Assembly: GCA_963812605.1 (NCBI GenBank)
Contig: CAWEWF010000014.1
Location: forward strand, 605,003 to 669,002
Source of the DNA: an uncultured Verrucomicrobiae bacterium
GTDB lineage: Bacteria > Verrucomicrobiota > Verrucomicrobiia > Palsa-1439
Direction of reading: 5' to 3'
Length of the DNA stretch: 64,000 nucleotides
The notes beneath the pieces were generated by a model. That model saw nothing but the letters and a program-made list of their open reading frames with translations. It was not told where the DNA came from and made no database searches. Position 1 is the stretch's first letter, and every line of letters begins with the position of its first letter. The position numbers were made by a program, and so were the translations under genes. This document shows positions 8,630 to 17,259 of this stretch, in pieces.

Positions 8630-11600
8630 ATGAAGGCGCGCATACAGTGTGTAGTGGTAGCGGTCGCAATTCTCTTCACCGGCCTCTTCGCTTCGACGGC
8701 TCATGCGGCTATGAACGTTGTCACGAATATCAGCTCCGACCCCACGATCTTTGAATGTTATCTGACTGCCACCAACCTGCCGGTAACCATCGTCACCACC
8801 AACGGTTCCGCCCTCGTCACCAACATTGTCCAGGCGATGGTCTACAGGGACGAAAAACAACCGAGTTGGCCGCAGGGAGCCGGCATCCCGGTCCCGGTGA
8901 TGAACCTGACGCCCGGGCAGATGGTCATTTGCCATTTCAAAAACACCTTGTCCGTGACCGAAGGTGCCAGCATCCACTGGCACGGCATCGAGCTGGATAA
9001 CGACAGCGATGGCACGAGCGTCACACAGGATAGCGTCAAGCAAGGTCAAACCTACACGTACCAATTCATTGCGCCCCGACCCGGTATCTTCTGGTTCCAC
9101 TCGCATATGGAACCCGGCAATACGACTTTCGCCGGGATGTATGGCGTCATTATTATCCCCAACGACGTTGAGGGCACCCTCATCTCCAACGGTTATCTCC
9201 CCTCGAATTCTGTCACCTACACCCTGGCCATGAGCGACATCGAATACGCCACCAACAACGCCTTCGCCCCAGGTTCCCCGATGGGCACTGTCGGCCGACA
9301 GGGGATCAACGGCGGCTCCAACGTGTTCGAAACCATTAATCAGTGGGTCGAAGACTGCCATGACGCCGGAGGTGGTGGCGGTGCGAAAGCCCTCTGCCAG
9401 ACAGCGTCGAAGCCCGGTGCTGTCGTGCTGGTGAACGGCGAACATCCTCTGGCCATAGCGGGAGGCCAAACGCCAATGTTTACCGTCCCGGCGAACAAAA
9501 AGATCCGGTTGCGGCTCCTGAACGAGGCCCTTGTCCGGCATTTCCATCTGAAGTTGCTGGATGCCAGCGGCAACCAAATCGACATGGTCCGCATTGGCGG
9601 ACAGGGTGGCCTGCTGGATTACGCGCGCCTGGAGGGAGGCACCAACGAAGACTGGGATACGCAATATGCGGAGGGCGAAATTGTTATCGGCTCGGGAGAT
9701 CGTGCCAACGTCCTCACCTATGCATCCGGCACCAACGGAGCCATCCTGCGGCTCGTTGGCAACCCTCTGCCCGATCCTCCTTTCTCTCTTGACGCGGCCA
9801 CACTGGGTAGCAGCGCCAACATCCCCAGCAACTATCCGGTCGCATTCTTCAAGATCAGTGGGACGGCAAGTGATCCGGAGCCCGAGGATGGCGATCCGAT
9901 ACTGGCCGCTGCCGGTGAATTCGTCGAGGAACTTGGCCCCGCCACCAATTCGCTCATCGATCCAGCTTCCTTGGGGCCCAATTTCCCGGGCACCACGAAC
10001 CCCGTCATTAGCCTGACCCAGGCGAACGTGCAGCCCTCGATTGACAACATCCAGCCCGTCAAGCTCGACGGGAACATGGGCAACGGAGATTTCACGTCGA
10101 TACCGCATACCAACAGCACGCGCTACGCGCACGTGGGCGACCTGCTCCAGCTCTCCGTCAGCAACGAGACAACCCCGGCTCATCCGTTCCACCTCCACGG
10201 GTTCTCGCTCCAACCGATAATGATCGTCGACAACAGCACTTCGAACACGCTCTACACCTACGATTACAATGAATTCGTCGACACAATCAACGTCTATGGC
10301 GGGCAAACCCTTGTCTTCCGCGTTCGCTTGGATGATCGCCCGAAGTTCTGTGACGAATCTCCGCTCTGGCCAAATCCAAACGCAGGTCCGACCCTCCTGC
10401 CCTGTAACGATTCGACCTGCGGCGGGGCCGTCGGGAGATGGTTATTCCACTGCCACATCTTCCCCCACGCCGGTGAAGGCATGATCGGCGAGTTGACCGT
10501 CCTGCAGAATGCGACGGAAACCAATGTCTTCAAATTCGTCAAGCACCCCGACCTCTCGTACTCGGGCGTGGACGTGTTGGCCACCTATGGCACCGGCTCG
10601 CCAGTCATCGCGGACAATTTCCTGTGCACCAGCAACGGCCTCATCACCGGTATCAGCGTCTGGGGTTCATGGCTTGACGACGTGGTGGGCAGCAATGTCA
10701 CCTTCCAGTTGACTTTGTCGAACGACGGAGGCAATCAACCCGGCACGCAATTGTGGCAGGAATTCTTCACACCGGGCACGTACAGCAACACCTTCGTGAC
10801 GTCCGTCTCCCCCGACGAGACGTTCTTCGATCCGAGTCAGCCGGCCGTCTTCGCCACCGACACTCAGGTGTACCGGTACGACTTCCCCATCCCGGACTGC
10901 GACGCCTTTTATCAGGATTCTGGCACCATCTATTGGCTCAGCGTGACGGCATTTACCACCAACGGGTTTTTCGGGTGGAAGACCTGCATTACCAACGACT
11001 ACTTTAACACCGACGCGACGTGGAACAGCACGACCAATTTCCCGGACTGGAGCCCCCTGTCTTATCCGTCCTCCAATCCATACTCCGGGCTTAGCATGGA
11101 CCAATCCTTTGAGATCGCCACCGCGGTGTCCACGAATTGTCCGCCGCCCGTGGCCAGCTTCTACGCTTTTCCAACCTCTGGTACCGAACCGCTGACGGTG
11201 ACCTTCAACGATACTTCGACGGGCAATGTCACGAATTGGTTTTGGGATTTCGGCGATGGCAACACTGCCAACATCACTACCAATACAATAATGCACACGT
11301 ACGCTGCGGGGAATTATTCGGTGACCCTGACGGTTATCAGCCGCTGTGGCACCAACACAATCACCCAAACGAATGCCATCAACGTCGGGAGTTGTATACC
11401 CACGGCAAGCTTCTACGGTAGTCCGACCACTGGTACGGAACCTCTGTTGGTGAACTTCTTCAGCACCTCCTCGGGCTCGATTACCAACTGGTTCTGGAAT
11501 TTCGGAGACGGCACTACCACCAACACCTCATCCCCCAGCGTAAGCCACACGTATGCCGCCGGCACTAACACCGTGACCCTGATCGTCTCCGGCCCCTGCG

Positions 11601-12328
11601 GCGACGCCACGAACACCCTGACAAATTACATTATCGTCATAAGCTGCATCCCCCAGGCGAACTTCTACGCCAGTCCAACCAGTGGCCTGGCACCGCTGTT
11701 GGTGTACTTCTACGACACCTCGACCGGCACGATCACCAACTGGTTCTGGAATTTCGGTGACGGCACTACCACCAACGTCATGACCAGCTACGTGTATTAC
11801 ACCTATACCAACGCCGGCACCTACTCAGTCACGCTGGTGGCCAGCGGCCCCTGCGGTACCAGCACGACCAACGCGCCGAACTACATCACGGTGCTGACGA
11901 CGGTGCAAAACTGGCAGATCCAATACTTCGGCTCCACCAATAACCCGAATGGCGCACCCGGACTTGACTTGTTCGGAACCGGTATGAGCAATTCCAACAA
12001 GTTCCTGGCGGGATTCAGTCCCACCGACCCGTCGGCGTACCTGCACATCATCGCCATCGTGAAGACGAATAATAACGTCCAGGTGATCTACCTCGGGGCC
12101 AACGGCGACTACACCTGGTATCCGGGCGTCGCGTCGCGCACCAACGTGCTGGAGTTCACCAGAGGCACGGTCAATGGCAGCTACTCATCGAACAACTTCA
12201 CGAGCACCGGCCAGACGAACATTCTCAGCGGCGGCGACGGCCTCGGGATCGTGACCAACATGATCGATGTTGGCGGCGCGACCAACAAACCGTCGCGGTA
12301 CTACCGGGTCCGCGTGCTGGTGCCATGA
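8630..12328 (+). CDS. Secreted multicopper oxidase fused to an uncharacterised module, three PKD domains and a ~140-aa C-terminal domain ending RYYRVRVLVP
   Basis: Signal peptide MKARIQCVVVAVAILFTGLFASTAHA. Copper motifs HWHGIE, WFHSHME, HPFHLHGF and HCHIFPHAGEGM. Three tandem PKD-like repeats (FYAFPTSGTEPLTVTFNDTSTG..WFWDFGDG) lie at about 11140-11880. The C-terminal domain is shared with the gene at 44020-46292. Confidence 0.85.
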   Translation: MKARIQCVVVAVAILFTGLFASTAHAAMNVVTNISSDPTIFECYLTATNLPVTIVTTNGSALVTNIVQAMVYRDEKQPSWPQGAGIPVPVMNLTPGQMVICHFKNTLSVTEGASIHWHGIELDNDSDGTSVTQDSVKQGQTYTYQFIAPRPGIFWFHSHMEPGNTTFAGMYGVIIIPNDVEGTLISNGYLPSNSVTYTLAMSDIEYATNNAFAPGSPMGTVGRQGINGGSNVFETINQWVEDCHDAGGGGGAKALCQTASKPGAVVLVNGEHPLAIAGGQTPMFTVPANKKIRLRLLNEALVRHFHLKLLDASGNQIDMVRIGGQGGLLDYARLEGGTNEDWDTQYAEGEIVIGSGDRANVLTYASGTNGAILRLVGNPLPDPPFSLDAATLGSSANIPSNYPVAFFKISGTASDPEPEDGDPILAAAGEFVEELGPATNSLIDPASLGPNFPGTTNPVISLTQANVQPSIDNIQPVKLDGNMGNGDFTSIPHTNSTRYAHVGDLLQLSVSNETTPAHPFHLHGFSLQPIMIVDNSTSNTLYTYDYNEFVDTINVYGGQTLVFRVRLDDRPKFCDESPLWPNPNAGPTLLPCNDSTCGGAVGRWLFHCHIFPHAGEGMIGELTVLQNATETNVFKFVKHPDLSYSGVDVLATYGTGSPVIADNFLCTSNGLITGISVWGSWLDDVVGSNVTFQLTLSNDGGNQPGTQLWQEFFTPGTYSNTFVTSVSPDETFFDPSQPAVFATDTQVYRYDFPIPDCDAFYQDSGTIYWLSVTAFTTNGFFGWKTCITNDYFNTDATWNSTTNFPDWSPLSYPSSNPYSGLSMDQSFEIATAVSTNCPPPVASFYAFPTSGTEPLTVTFNDTSTGNVTNWFWDFGDGNTANITTNTIMHTYAAGNYSVTLTVISRCGTNTITQTNAINVGSCIPTASFYGSPTTGTEPLLVNFFSTSSGSITNWFWNFGDGTTTNTSSPSVSHTYAAGTNTVTLIVSGPCGDATNTLTNYIIVISCIPQANFYASPTSGLAPLLVYFYDTSTGTITNWFWNFGDGTTTNVMTSYVYYTYTNAGTYSVTLVASGPCGTSTTNAPNYITVLTTVQNWQIQYFGSTNNPNGAPGLDLFGTGMSNSNKFLAGFSPTDPSAYLHIIAIVKTNNNVQVIYLGANGDYTWYPGVASRTNVLEFTRGTVNGSYSSNNFTSTGQTNILSGGDGLGIVTNMIDVGGATNKPSRYYRVRVLVP

Positions 12329-12434
12329 ACATGATTTGGAGGCGTGCGGCTATCGGAAGGGCCACGCTTTACAATTTACGCGTCAGTCCGTGAACAAGCT
12401 CAGAGTTCGCAAAAATACGTTTGTACAATCTGTG

Positions 12435-13736
12435 TTAACCGAGGTCCGTCCAACTCACCAGGTCCGCCAAATTCGCCCGGCCGTCATGGTGCCAGGACAA
12501 GGGCGGGCGTTGCATCTGGCCGATGGGGCAGACGCGATGGATGCCCATCCGGGCGAGGTCGCCCGCAAATCCCGCCGCCCGCTCGTTCATCGGCGCGACG
12601 CCCACCGTCGAGACATTGGCGGCGATCTTCTGGATGGCATCGAGGACACGCTTATAGCCGTCCGTGGGTTTGACGAAAATGACGCGGTTGAGGCAGGAGG
12701 GGATGAAGGACGGGCTGTCATCGTAGATCACTGTCCAGTCATTGCCAGTGGAACTGCTCCAAACGATGAACCGTTTGTCCGAGGCAGCACGAAATTCATA
12801 ACCTGAGCGGAATTTGGCGACTTGCGCTGCTTCTTCGGTGGAAAGTTGCCCGCGCGGGACGCGCGCTTGATACACAGCCATCGCCTCGGCCAGCGCCGCG
12901 GCAAACTTTCGCGGACCAAGCTGCCCGCGTTCTTCCACATAATACACATGCGGCGAGAGGCAACCCAACTGGTCGTACACCGATGCGTCAAACGCCGCCG
13001 CTTGCGCCAATTGCGGCAGGTTCTCCTCGGTCATCGCTTCCTTCCCGACCACCGCGAAGCTGAGCTTGTGGCCGTAACCGAGAAACCGCGCCTGCGCCGG
13101 CGCGAGTTGTCGCAACGCGGAAATCGTATGGTCGTCGCCGTACGCGATCACCCCGTCGGCATCTTCCAGCGCCGTCTGCGTCAGCGCCAACTCGCCGCGC
13201 GACCAATCGGTCGATGCCGCGCAATCGGCCAGTTCCGCGTCCACCTCGCGCACCGACTCGATGAAAAGGGAAGGGAACACCGGGTCGCGCGGCGAGACTT
13301 TCACCAGGTTGGCTGTGCGCAGCAGTAGGCCGCAGCAGATGCTGACGATCCCCGGCATCGGGACGTTGCCCGCCAAAAAATGCACCAGCAAACGCGGCGC
13401 CATCGCCCGCGATTGCACCCGCCCGCGCAGGCAGAACTCGTCGAGCACGCGGCGGTTCCCCAATTCGCGGTCCAGCAGTTCGCCGAGCGACTCGTAGTGG
13501 ATTGCCCCAAAGGTGAGATCGATGGCTTCCTGCACCATCGCTTCGGAAAATCCCATGTGTCGCGGGCCGTATTCGACGGCCTGCCGTCGCCACCGGCTCT
13601 TGGGGTCGAGCCAGTTCTTCGCCGTCTGCGTCAAAACGGCGATGACCGCGTCCGTGGTGCGATGCTGCTGCACCCGCTCGCGCGCTTCACCGGTCCGGCT
13701 GACCGCCTCCCGAATCGATTCAACAGTTGCGCTCAT
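12435..13736 (-). CDS. LuxC-like acyl-CoA reductase family protein
   Basis: HFLAGNVPMPGIVSICCGLLLRTANLVKVS and IAYGDDHTISALRQL.. are typical of the LuxC family (PF05893 from memory). Confidence 0.75.
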   Translation of the reverse strand: MSATVESIREAVSRTGEARERVQQHRTTDAVIAVLTQTAKNWLDPKSRWRRQAVEYGPRHMGFSEAMVQEAIDLTFGAIHYESLGELLDRELGNRRVLDEFCLRGRVQSRAMAPRLLVHFLAGNVPMPGIVSICCGLLLRTANLVKVSPRDPVFPSLFIESVREVDAELADCAASTDWSRGELALTQTALEDADGVIAYGDDHTISALRQLAPAQARFLGYGHKLSFAVVGKEAMTEENLPQLAQAAAFDASVYDQLGCLSPHVYYVEERGQLGPRKFAAALAEAMAVYQARVPRGQLSTEEAAQVAKFRSGYEFRAASDKRFIVWSSSTGNDWTVIYDDSPSFIPSCLNRVIFVKPTDGYKRVLDAIQKIAANVSTVGVAPMNERAAGFAGDLARMGIHRVCPIGQMQRPPLSWHHDGRANLADLVSWTDLG

Positions 13737-13758
13737 TCGAATTTGTTTTGTTTCGCTT

Positions 13759-13862
13759 TGTAGGGCAAGCGCTCCGCTTGCCGCCGTTTCGATTCCTCTT
13801 GTAGGGCACGCAACCCGCGTGCCTTCTGCATATCAACGGCAACCGACGCGGTTGCCCTACAA
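13759..13862. repeat. Three REP units in the luxE-luxC intergenic spacer
   Basis: TGTAGGGCAAGCG-CTC-CGCTTGCC, TGTAGGGCACGC..GCGTGCC, and the inverted GGCAACCG-ACG-CGGTTGCCCTACAA. The last CTAC supplies the TAG stop of the LuxE-like gene (13857-13859). Confidence 0.8.
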
Positions 13863-15059
13863 CATTCCCAAGCTCTCCGCATTCAACGAGCACCCGCGCA
13901 CTTCCGCGCCCGCCGCTCGCCCCAATACTTCAAATTCCGCCAGGCCCACGTCGCTCATCCGGGCAATCCCCAAATCCTCCGTCTGCACACACAGCATACT
14001 CCACAGGTTCGCCAGGTCAAAGATTCGAATGAGGCCGCGTTCATGATCAGCAGCCTCCCTGCCAGTGTTCGGGTCTATGACCAACACGCGCGCCCATGGC
14101 GGAACCGCCTTGCCGTCCGTCCGCTTGCCAACCCGCAGCGTCGCATCATAAAACTGCGTGCTCAATTCCGTCATGCCGTATTCATTGACGATGTGCGACG
14201 TCGGTATCCCCAGAACACGCTCGAAGTGCCCGTAAAGCTCCGCCTTCGACAATTCGCGAGATCGTCCCTTGAACCCGCCCGTTTCCATGGCGCGACTGCC
14301 TTCTGCCATCTCGAATTTCAAATTCCGCCGTTCCAGATGATCAAGCAAATGGACAAAAGCAAACGCCGTCCCCAATAGGAACACAGGCTGGTGCGCCCAT
14401 TGCGCCTCACACAAGTCGTGCACCAGTTTCTCTAGAAGCAACTGACCGCCCTCAACATAATAAGCGCTGTCATCGCCGCCAAACTCTTCCATCACCACGC
14501 CCATCATGTGCGACGACGACGAATGCGGCGCCTCCTCCGGTGACGGCATCAGTATCATCATCGGCAAAGTCATTGTAGGGCAAGCGCTCCGCTTGCCGCT
14601 AACCGTAGTGGGGTGGGCGTCTCGCCCGCCATCATCTCCTGTTGAACAGGCATCCCGCCTGTTTCCCTCCTCCTGCCCACCTAGCAAATGCGCCGCGAAG
14701 TTTGGCTTGATCGCCGCATGGTAAAGTTCGAGCGTGGCCAAAAAATGTTTCCCCGACTGCTCGCGCGTCGTCCCACTCGTATGAAACTCCGCCACGGCCT
14801 GCTCAACCAGGAAACACGTCAGCGCAAAATCCTTGAACGCACCCGTCGGCGTCGCCGGGATCTCCTTCCAGTACGTCACCGACTGCGGTGTCTGCTTCCG
14901 ACGGTCGCAATAAGCCCGATACACCGCGCACCGCTCATACTGAAACGCAAAAACCTCCCGCGCCAACCGATCAAACTCCTCATCCGTGGTCGGCTGTCCA
15001 ACCCCGCGAGAGATCAGCGCGAGCACCCGTTGTTGGAGGTCTGAAGCAACTTTATCCAT
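13857..15059 (-). CDS. LuxE-like acyl-protein synthetase / adenylating enzyme, with an in-frame REP-derived insertion
   Basis: FHTSGTT, METGGFKGRS and NEYGMTELSTQFY motifs. The ATG at 15059 overlaps the aminotransferase stop by 8 nt (a GTG at 15074 is also possible). Residues GGQEEGNRRDACSTGDDGGRDAHPTTVSGKRSACPTM are encoded by REP hairpins. Confidence 0.75.
   Translation of the reverse strand: MDKVASDLQQRVLALISRGVGQPTTDEEFDRLAREVFAFQYERCAVYRAYCDRRKQTPQSVTYWKEIPATPTGAFKDFALTCFLVEQAVAEFHTSGTTREQSGKHFLATLELYHAAIKPNFAAHLLGGQEEGNRRDACSTGDDGGRDAHPTTVSGKRSACPTMTLPMMILMPSPEEAPHSSSSHMMGVVMEEFGGDDSAYYVEGGQLLLEKLVHDLCEAQWAHQPVFLLGTAFAFVHLLDHLERRNLKFEMAEGSRAMETGGFKGRSRELSKAELYGHFERVLGIPTSHIVNEYGMTELSTQFYDATLRVGKRTDGKAVPPWARVLVIDPNTGREAADHERGLIRIFDLANLWSMLCVQTEDLGIARMSDVGLAEFEVLGRAAGAEVRGCSLNAESLGML
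14574..14664. repeat. Three REP hairpins inside the LuxE-like CDS
   Basis: TGTAGGGCAAGCG-CTC-CGCTTGCC, GTAGTGGGGTGGGCG-TCT-CGCCCGCC, AACAGGC-ATCCC-GCCTGTT. The ORF stays open and LuxE-like on both sides. Confidence 0.75.
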
Positions 15060-16290
15060 GGGAAACGAAATCACCCAGTGCAGCCACGCAATAATCCAAT
15101 TGCCGTTTCGTGATCACCAGCGGGGGCGTGAGGCCAACGACTTCATTGCGGCTGCCTTCGGGCAGGGCGAGAACGCCACGCTGCAAAAACTTCTCAACGA
15201 CGGGAACCGCGTTGTCCACCTCGAGTCCGAGCATCAATCCCTGGCCACGCACCTTGCCGGTGCGGGCCAACCGCGTTGCGAGCCATTTCCCCAGTTCACG
15301 ACTGCGGGCTGCCAACTTGAGCCGCTTCATCTCTGCAATTGACGCCAAGGCCGCCGCGCAACCGAGCGGATTACCAAGAAATGTGCTGGTATGAATGGCC
15401 TCGCCTTGCGATTCCGGCCAGCTATCCATGACTTTCGCGCGACCGATGCACGCCGAAATCGGAAAGCCGCCCGCCATCGCCTTTCCCACACAAACGATGT
15501 CTGGTACCACCCCCGAATGTTCGCAAGCGAACCAACGTCCCGTCCGACAAAACCCCGTGTAGATCTCGTCGAGAATTAATAGCAACCCATGTTCATCGCA
15601 AAACCGCCGCAACTTCGGGAGAAAATCATCCGGCGGAACAACAATCCCACCGCGTCCCTGGATCGGCTCGGCGATCACTGCGCCGAAATCTTGAATATTC
15701 GCCACATCCGGCAAACGGCCAAACGGAACATGCGCGGTGAAGTGGCCCAGCTGCCCCGTGAAATGTGAACGGAAGTCCGCGCGCCACGTCGTGTCGAGCG
15801 CACCGTAGGTGAGTCCGTGATACGCGCCGTCGAACGCAATGACGCCGGGCCGGCGGGTGTGGATCACTGCTGTTTTGAGCGCGATTTCCACCGCCTCCGC
15901 GCCGGAATTCGCGAAGACAACGCGCGCTTCCGATTTGTCCCACCTCCCAAACGTCAGCGCCACCAATTCCCGCGCCAGCTTCAATTTTAATTCGTTCGGA
16001 TGCACGTCGCCCATCGCATGCAACAGCTTTCCCGCTTGCGCCTGGATGGCCGCTACCACGCGCGGGTTGGCATGACCGACACTTGCCACGCCAAACGCCG
16101 CCGTCAGATCGAGATAGCGGTTGCCATCGACATCCCACACATTGGCGCCCGCCGCGCGCTCCCAAAAGATCGGCCAGTGGTCGGACACGAAAGTAATGTT
16201 GCGGGATTCATACTGACGGAGTTGGTTGGCGAGGGCGCGGGACTTCAAGCCAGGGACGCGGGTCTTGAGAAGTGGCAGCAGATCTTTCAC
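15052..16290 (-). CDS. Class III (omega/acetylornithine-type) PLP aminotransferase
   Basis: GANVWDVDGNRYLDLTAAFGVASVGHANP, ANSGAEAVE, LLILDEIYTGFCRTG and VCVGKAMAGG (PLP lysine). GTG start. Confidence 0.85.
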   Translation of the reverse strand: MKDLLPLLKTRVPGLKSRALANQLRQYESRNITFVSDHWPIFWERAAGANVWDVDGNRYLDLTAAFGVASVGHANPRVVAAIQAQAGKLLHAMGDVHPNELKLKLARELVALTFGRWDKSEARVVFANSGAEAVEIALKTAVIHTRRPGVIAFDGAYHGLTYGALDTTWRADFRSHFTGQLGHFTAHVPFGRLPDVANIQDFGAVIAEPIQGRGGIVVPPDDFLPKLRRFCDEHGLLLILDEIYTGFCRTGRWFACEHSGVVPDIVCVGKAMAGGFPISACIGRAKVMDSWPESQGEAIHTSTFLGNPLGCAAALASIAEMKRLKLAARSRELGKWLATRLARTGKVRGQGLMLGLEVDNAVPVVEKFLQRGVLALPEGSRNEVVGLTPPLVITKRQLDYCVAALGDFVSHG

Positions 16291-16305
16291 AACAACGGCT
16301 TCATC

Positions 16306-16548
16306 CTAGCCGTGTCGGACGAACTTGTGAAACGTCTTGCCGGCTTCCTGGTCGACAAGCAGCACAAGCTGATTGGCTTTCATGGCTTCGACCAGTTCAT
16401 CAACGCTCAGGTTCTCGTAATCGACCTTGTCGCCATCGAAGAGAACGGCGAGATCACCGTCGGTATTGCGACGGCGCGCGGCCTGGCCGCTGCGTTCACC
16501 GATCCAACCACGAATTTGCGCGGACTTGATGATGATGCGTAGGGACAT
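16306..16548 (-). CDS. Hypothetical 80-aa protein
   Basis: An ATG at 16548 lies 11 nt downstream of a GAGGAG Shine-Dalgarno, between queE and the aminotransferase gene. No family recognised. Confidence 0.5.
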   Translation of the reverse strand: MSLRIIIKSAQIRGWIGERSGQAARRRNTDGDLAVLFDGDKVDYENLSVDELVEAMKANQLVLLVDQEAGKTFHKFVRHG

Positions 16549-16553
16549 GGTGC

Positions 16554-17201
16554 TTACACTCCTCGGGTTTCCGGCCCCCAAATCTGTTTGTGCCACTGGG
16601 TCTGCATGCGGACGGGCAGTCTATCCGCCAGAATCCATTCGGCAAGCGTTTTGAGCGTCAGCTCGCCCCAAACGGGCGAAAATAAAACGGTACAGACGTT
16701 TGCCAACTGATACTCGCCCATCATCTGCTTCGCCCAATCGTAATCCTGGCGGTCGGCAAGAACGAACTTCACCTCATCCTTTTTGTCGAGATGTCGAATG
16801 TTGTCGTAGAGGTTCTTCCCGACCTCGCCGCTGCCGGGGCATTTCAAGTCCATGATCTTCACCACGCGCGGGTCAACGCGCGACACATCCACCGAACCGC
16901 TCGTCTCCAGCAACACCCTTTTGCCCAGATCACAAAGCCGCGCCATCAAGGGGAAAACGTTTGGCTGCAACAAAGGCTCGCCACCCGTGATCTCAACCAG
17001 CGGGCAGTTGTATTCCAGCACTTTCACGATCACGTCACCGAGTTTCATCGGCGCGCCCTCGTGGAACGAATACGTTGTATCACACCACGTGCAGCGCAGA
17101 TTGCACGCGGTCAGCCGTACAAACACGCACGGCAACCCCGCAAACGAGGACTCGCCCTGGATGCTGTGAAAAATCTCGTTGATGACAAGCGTATCGGCCA
17201 C
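16554..17201 (-). CDS. queE: 7-carboxy-7-deazaguanine synthase (radical SAM)
   Basis: INEIFHSIQGESSFAGLPCVFVRLTACNLRCTWCDT is the characteristic QueE N-terminus with CxxxCxxC. GTG start. Confidence 0.9.
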   Translation of the reverse strand: MADTLVINEIFHSIQGESSFAGLPCVFVRLTACNLRCTWCDTTYSFHEGAPMKLGDVIVKVLEYNCPLVEITGGEPLLQPNVFPLMARLCDLGKRVLLETSGSVDVSRVDPRVVKIMDLKCPGSGEVGKNLYDNIRHLDKKDEVKFVLADRQDYDWAKQMMGEYQLANVCTVLFSPVWGELTLKTLAEWILADRLPVRMQTQWHKQIWGPETRGV

Positions 17202-17259
17202 GGCAAGAGATTAACAAACCCCCGCTGCCGCGTCAATTTGCGGCACCAACCAAAGCTAT

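Noticed and set aside
8585-10306. 573-aa ORF on the minus strand
   Set aside because: It is fully antisense to the multicopper oxidase gene, which has four canonical copper motifs. The product is R/G/V-rich low-complexity sequence, typical of shadow ORFs in GC-rich DNA.
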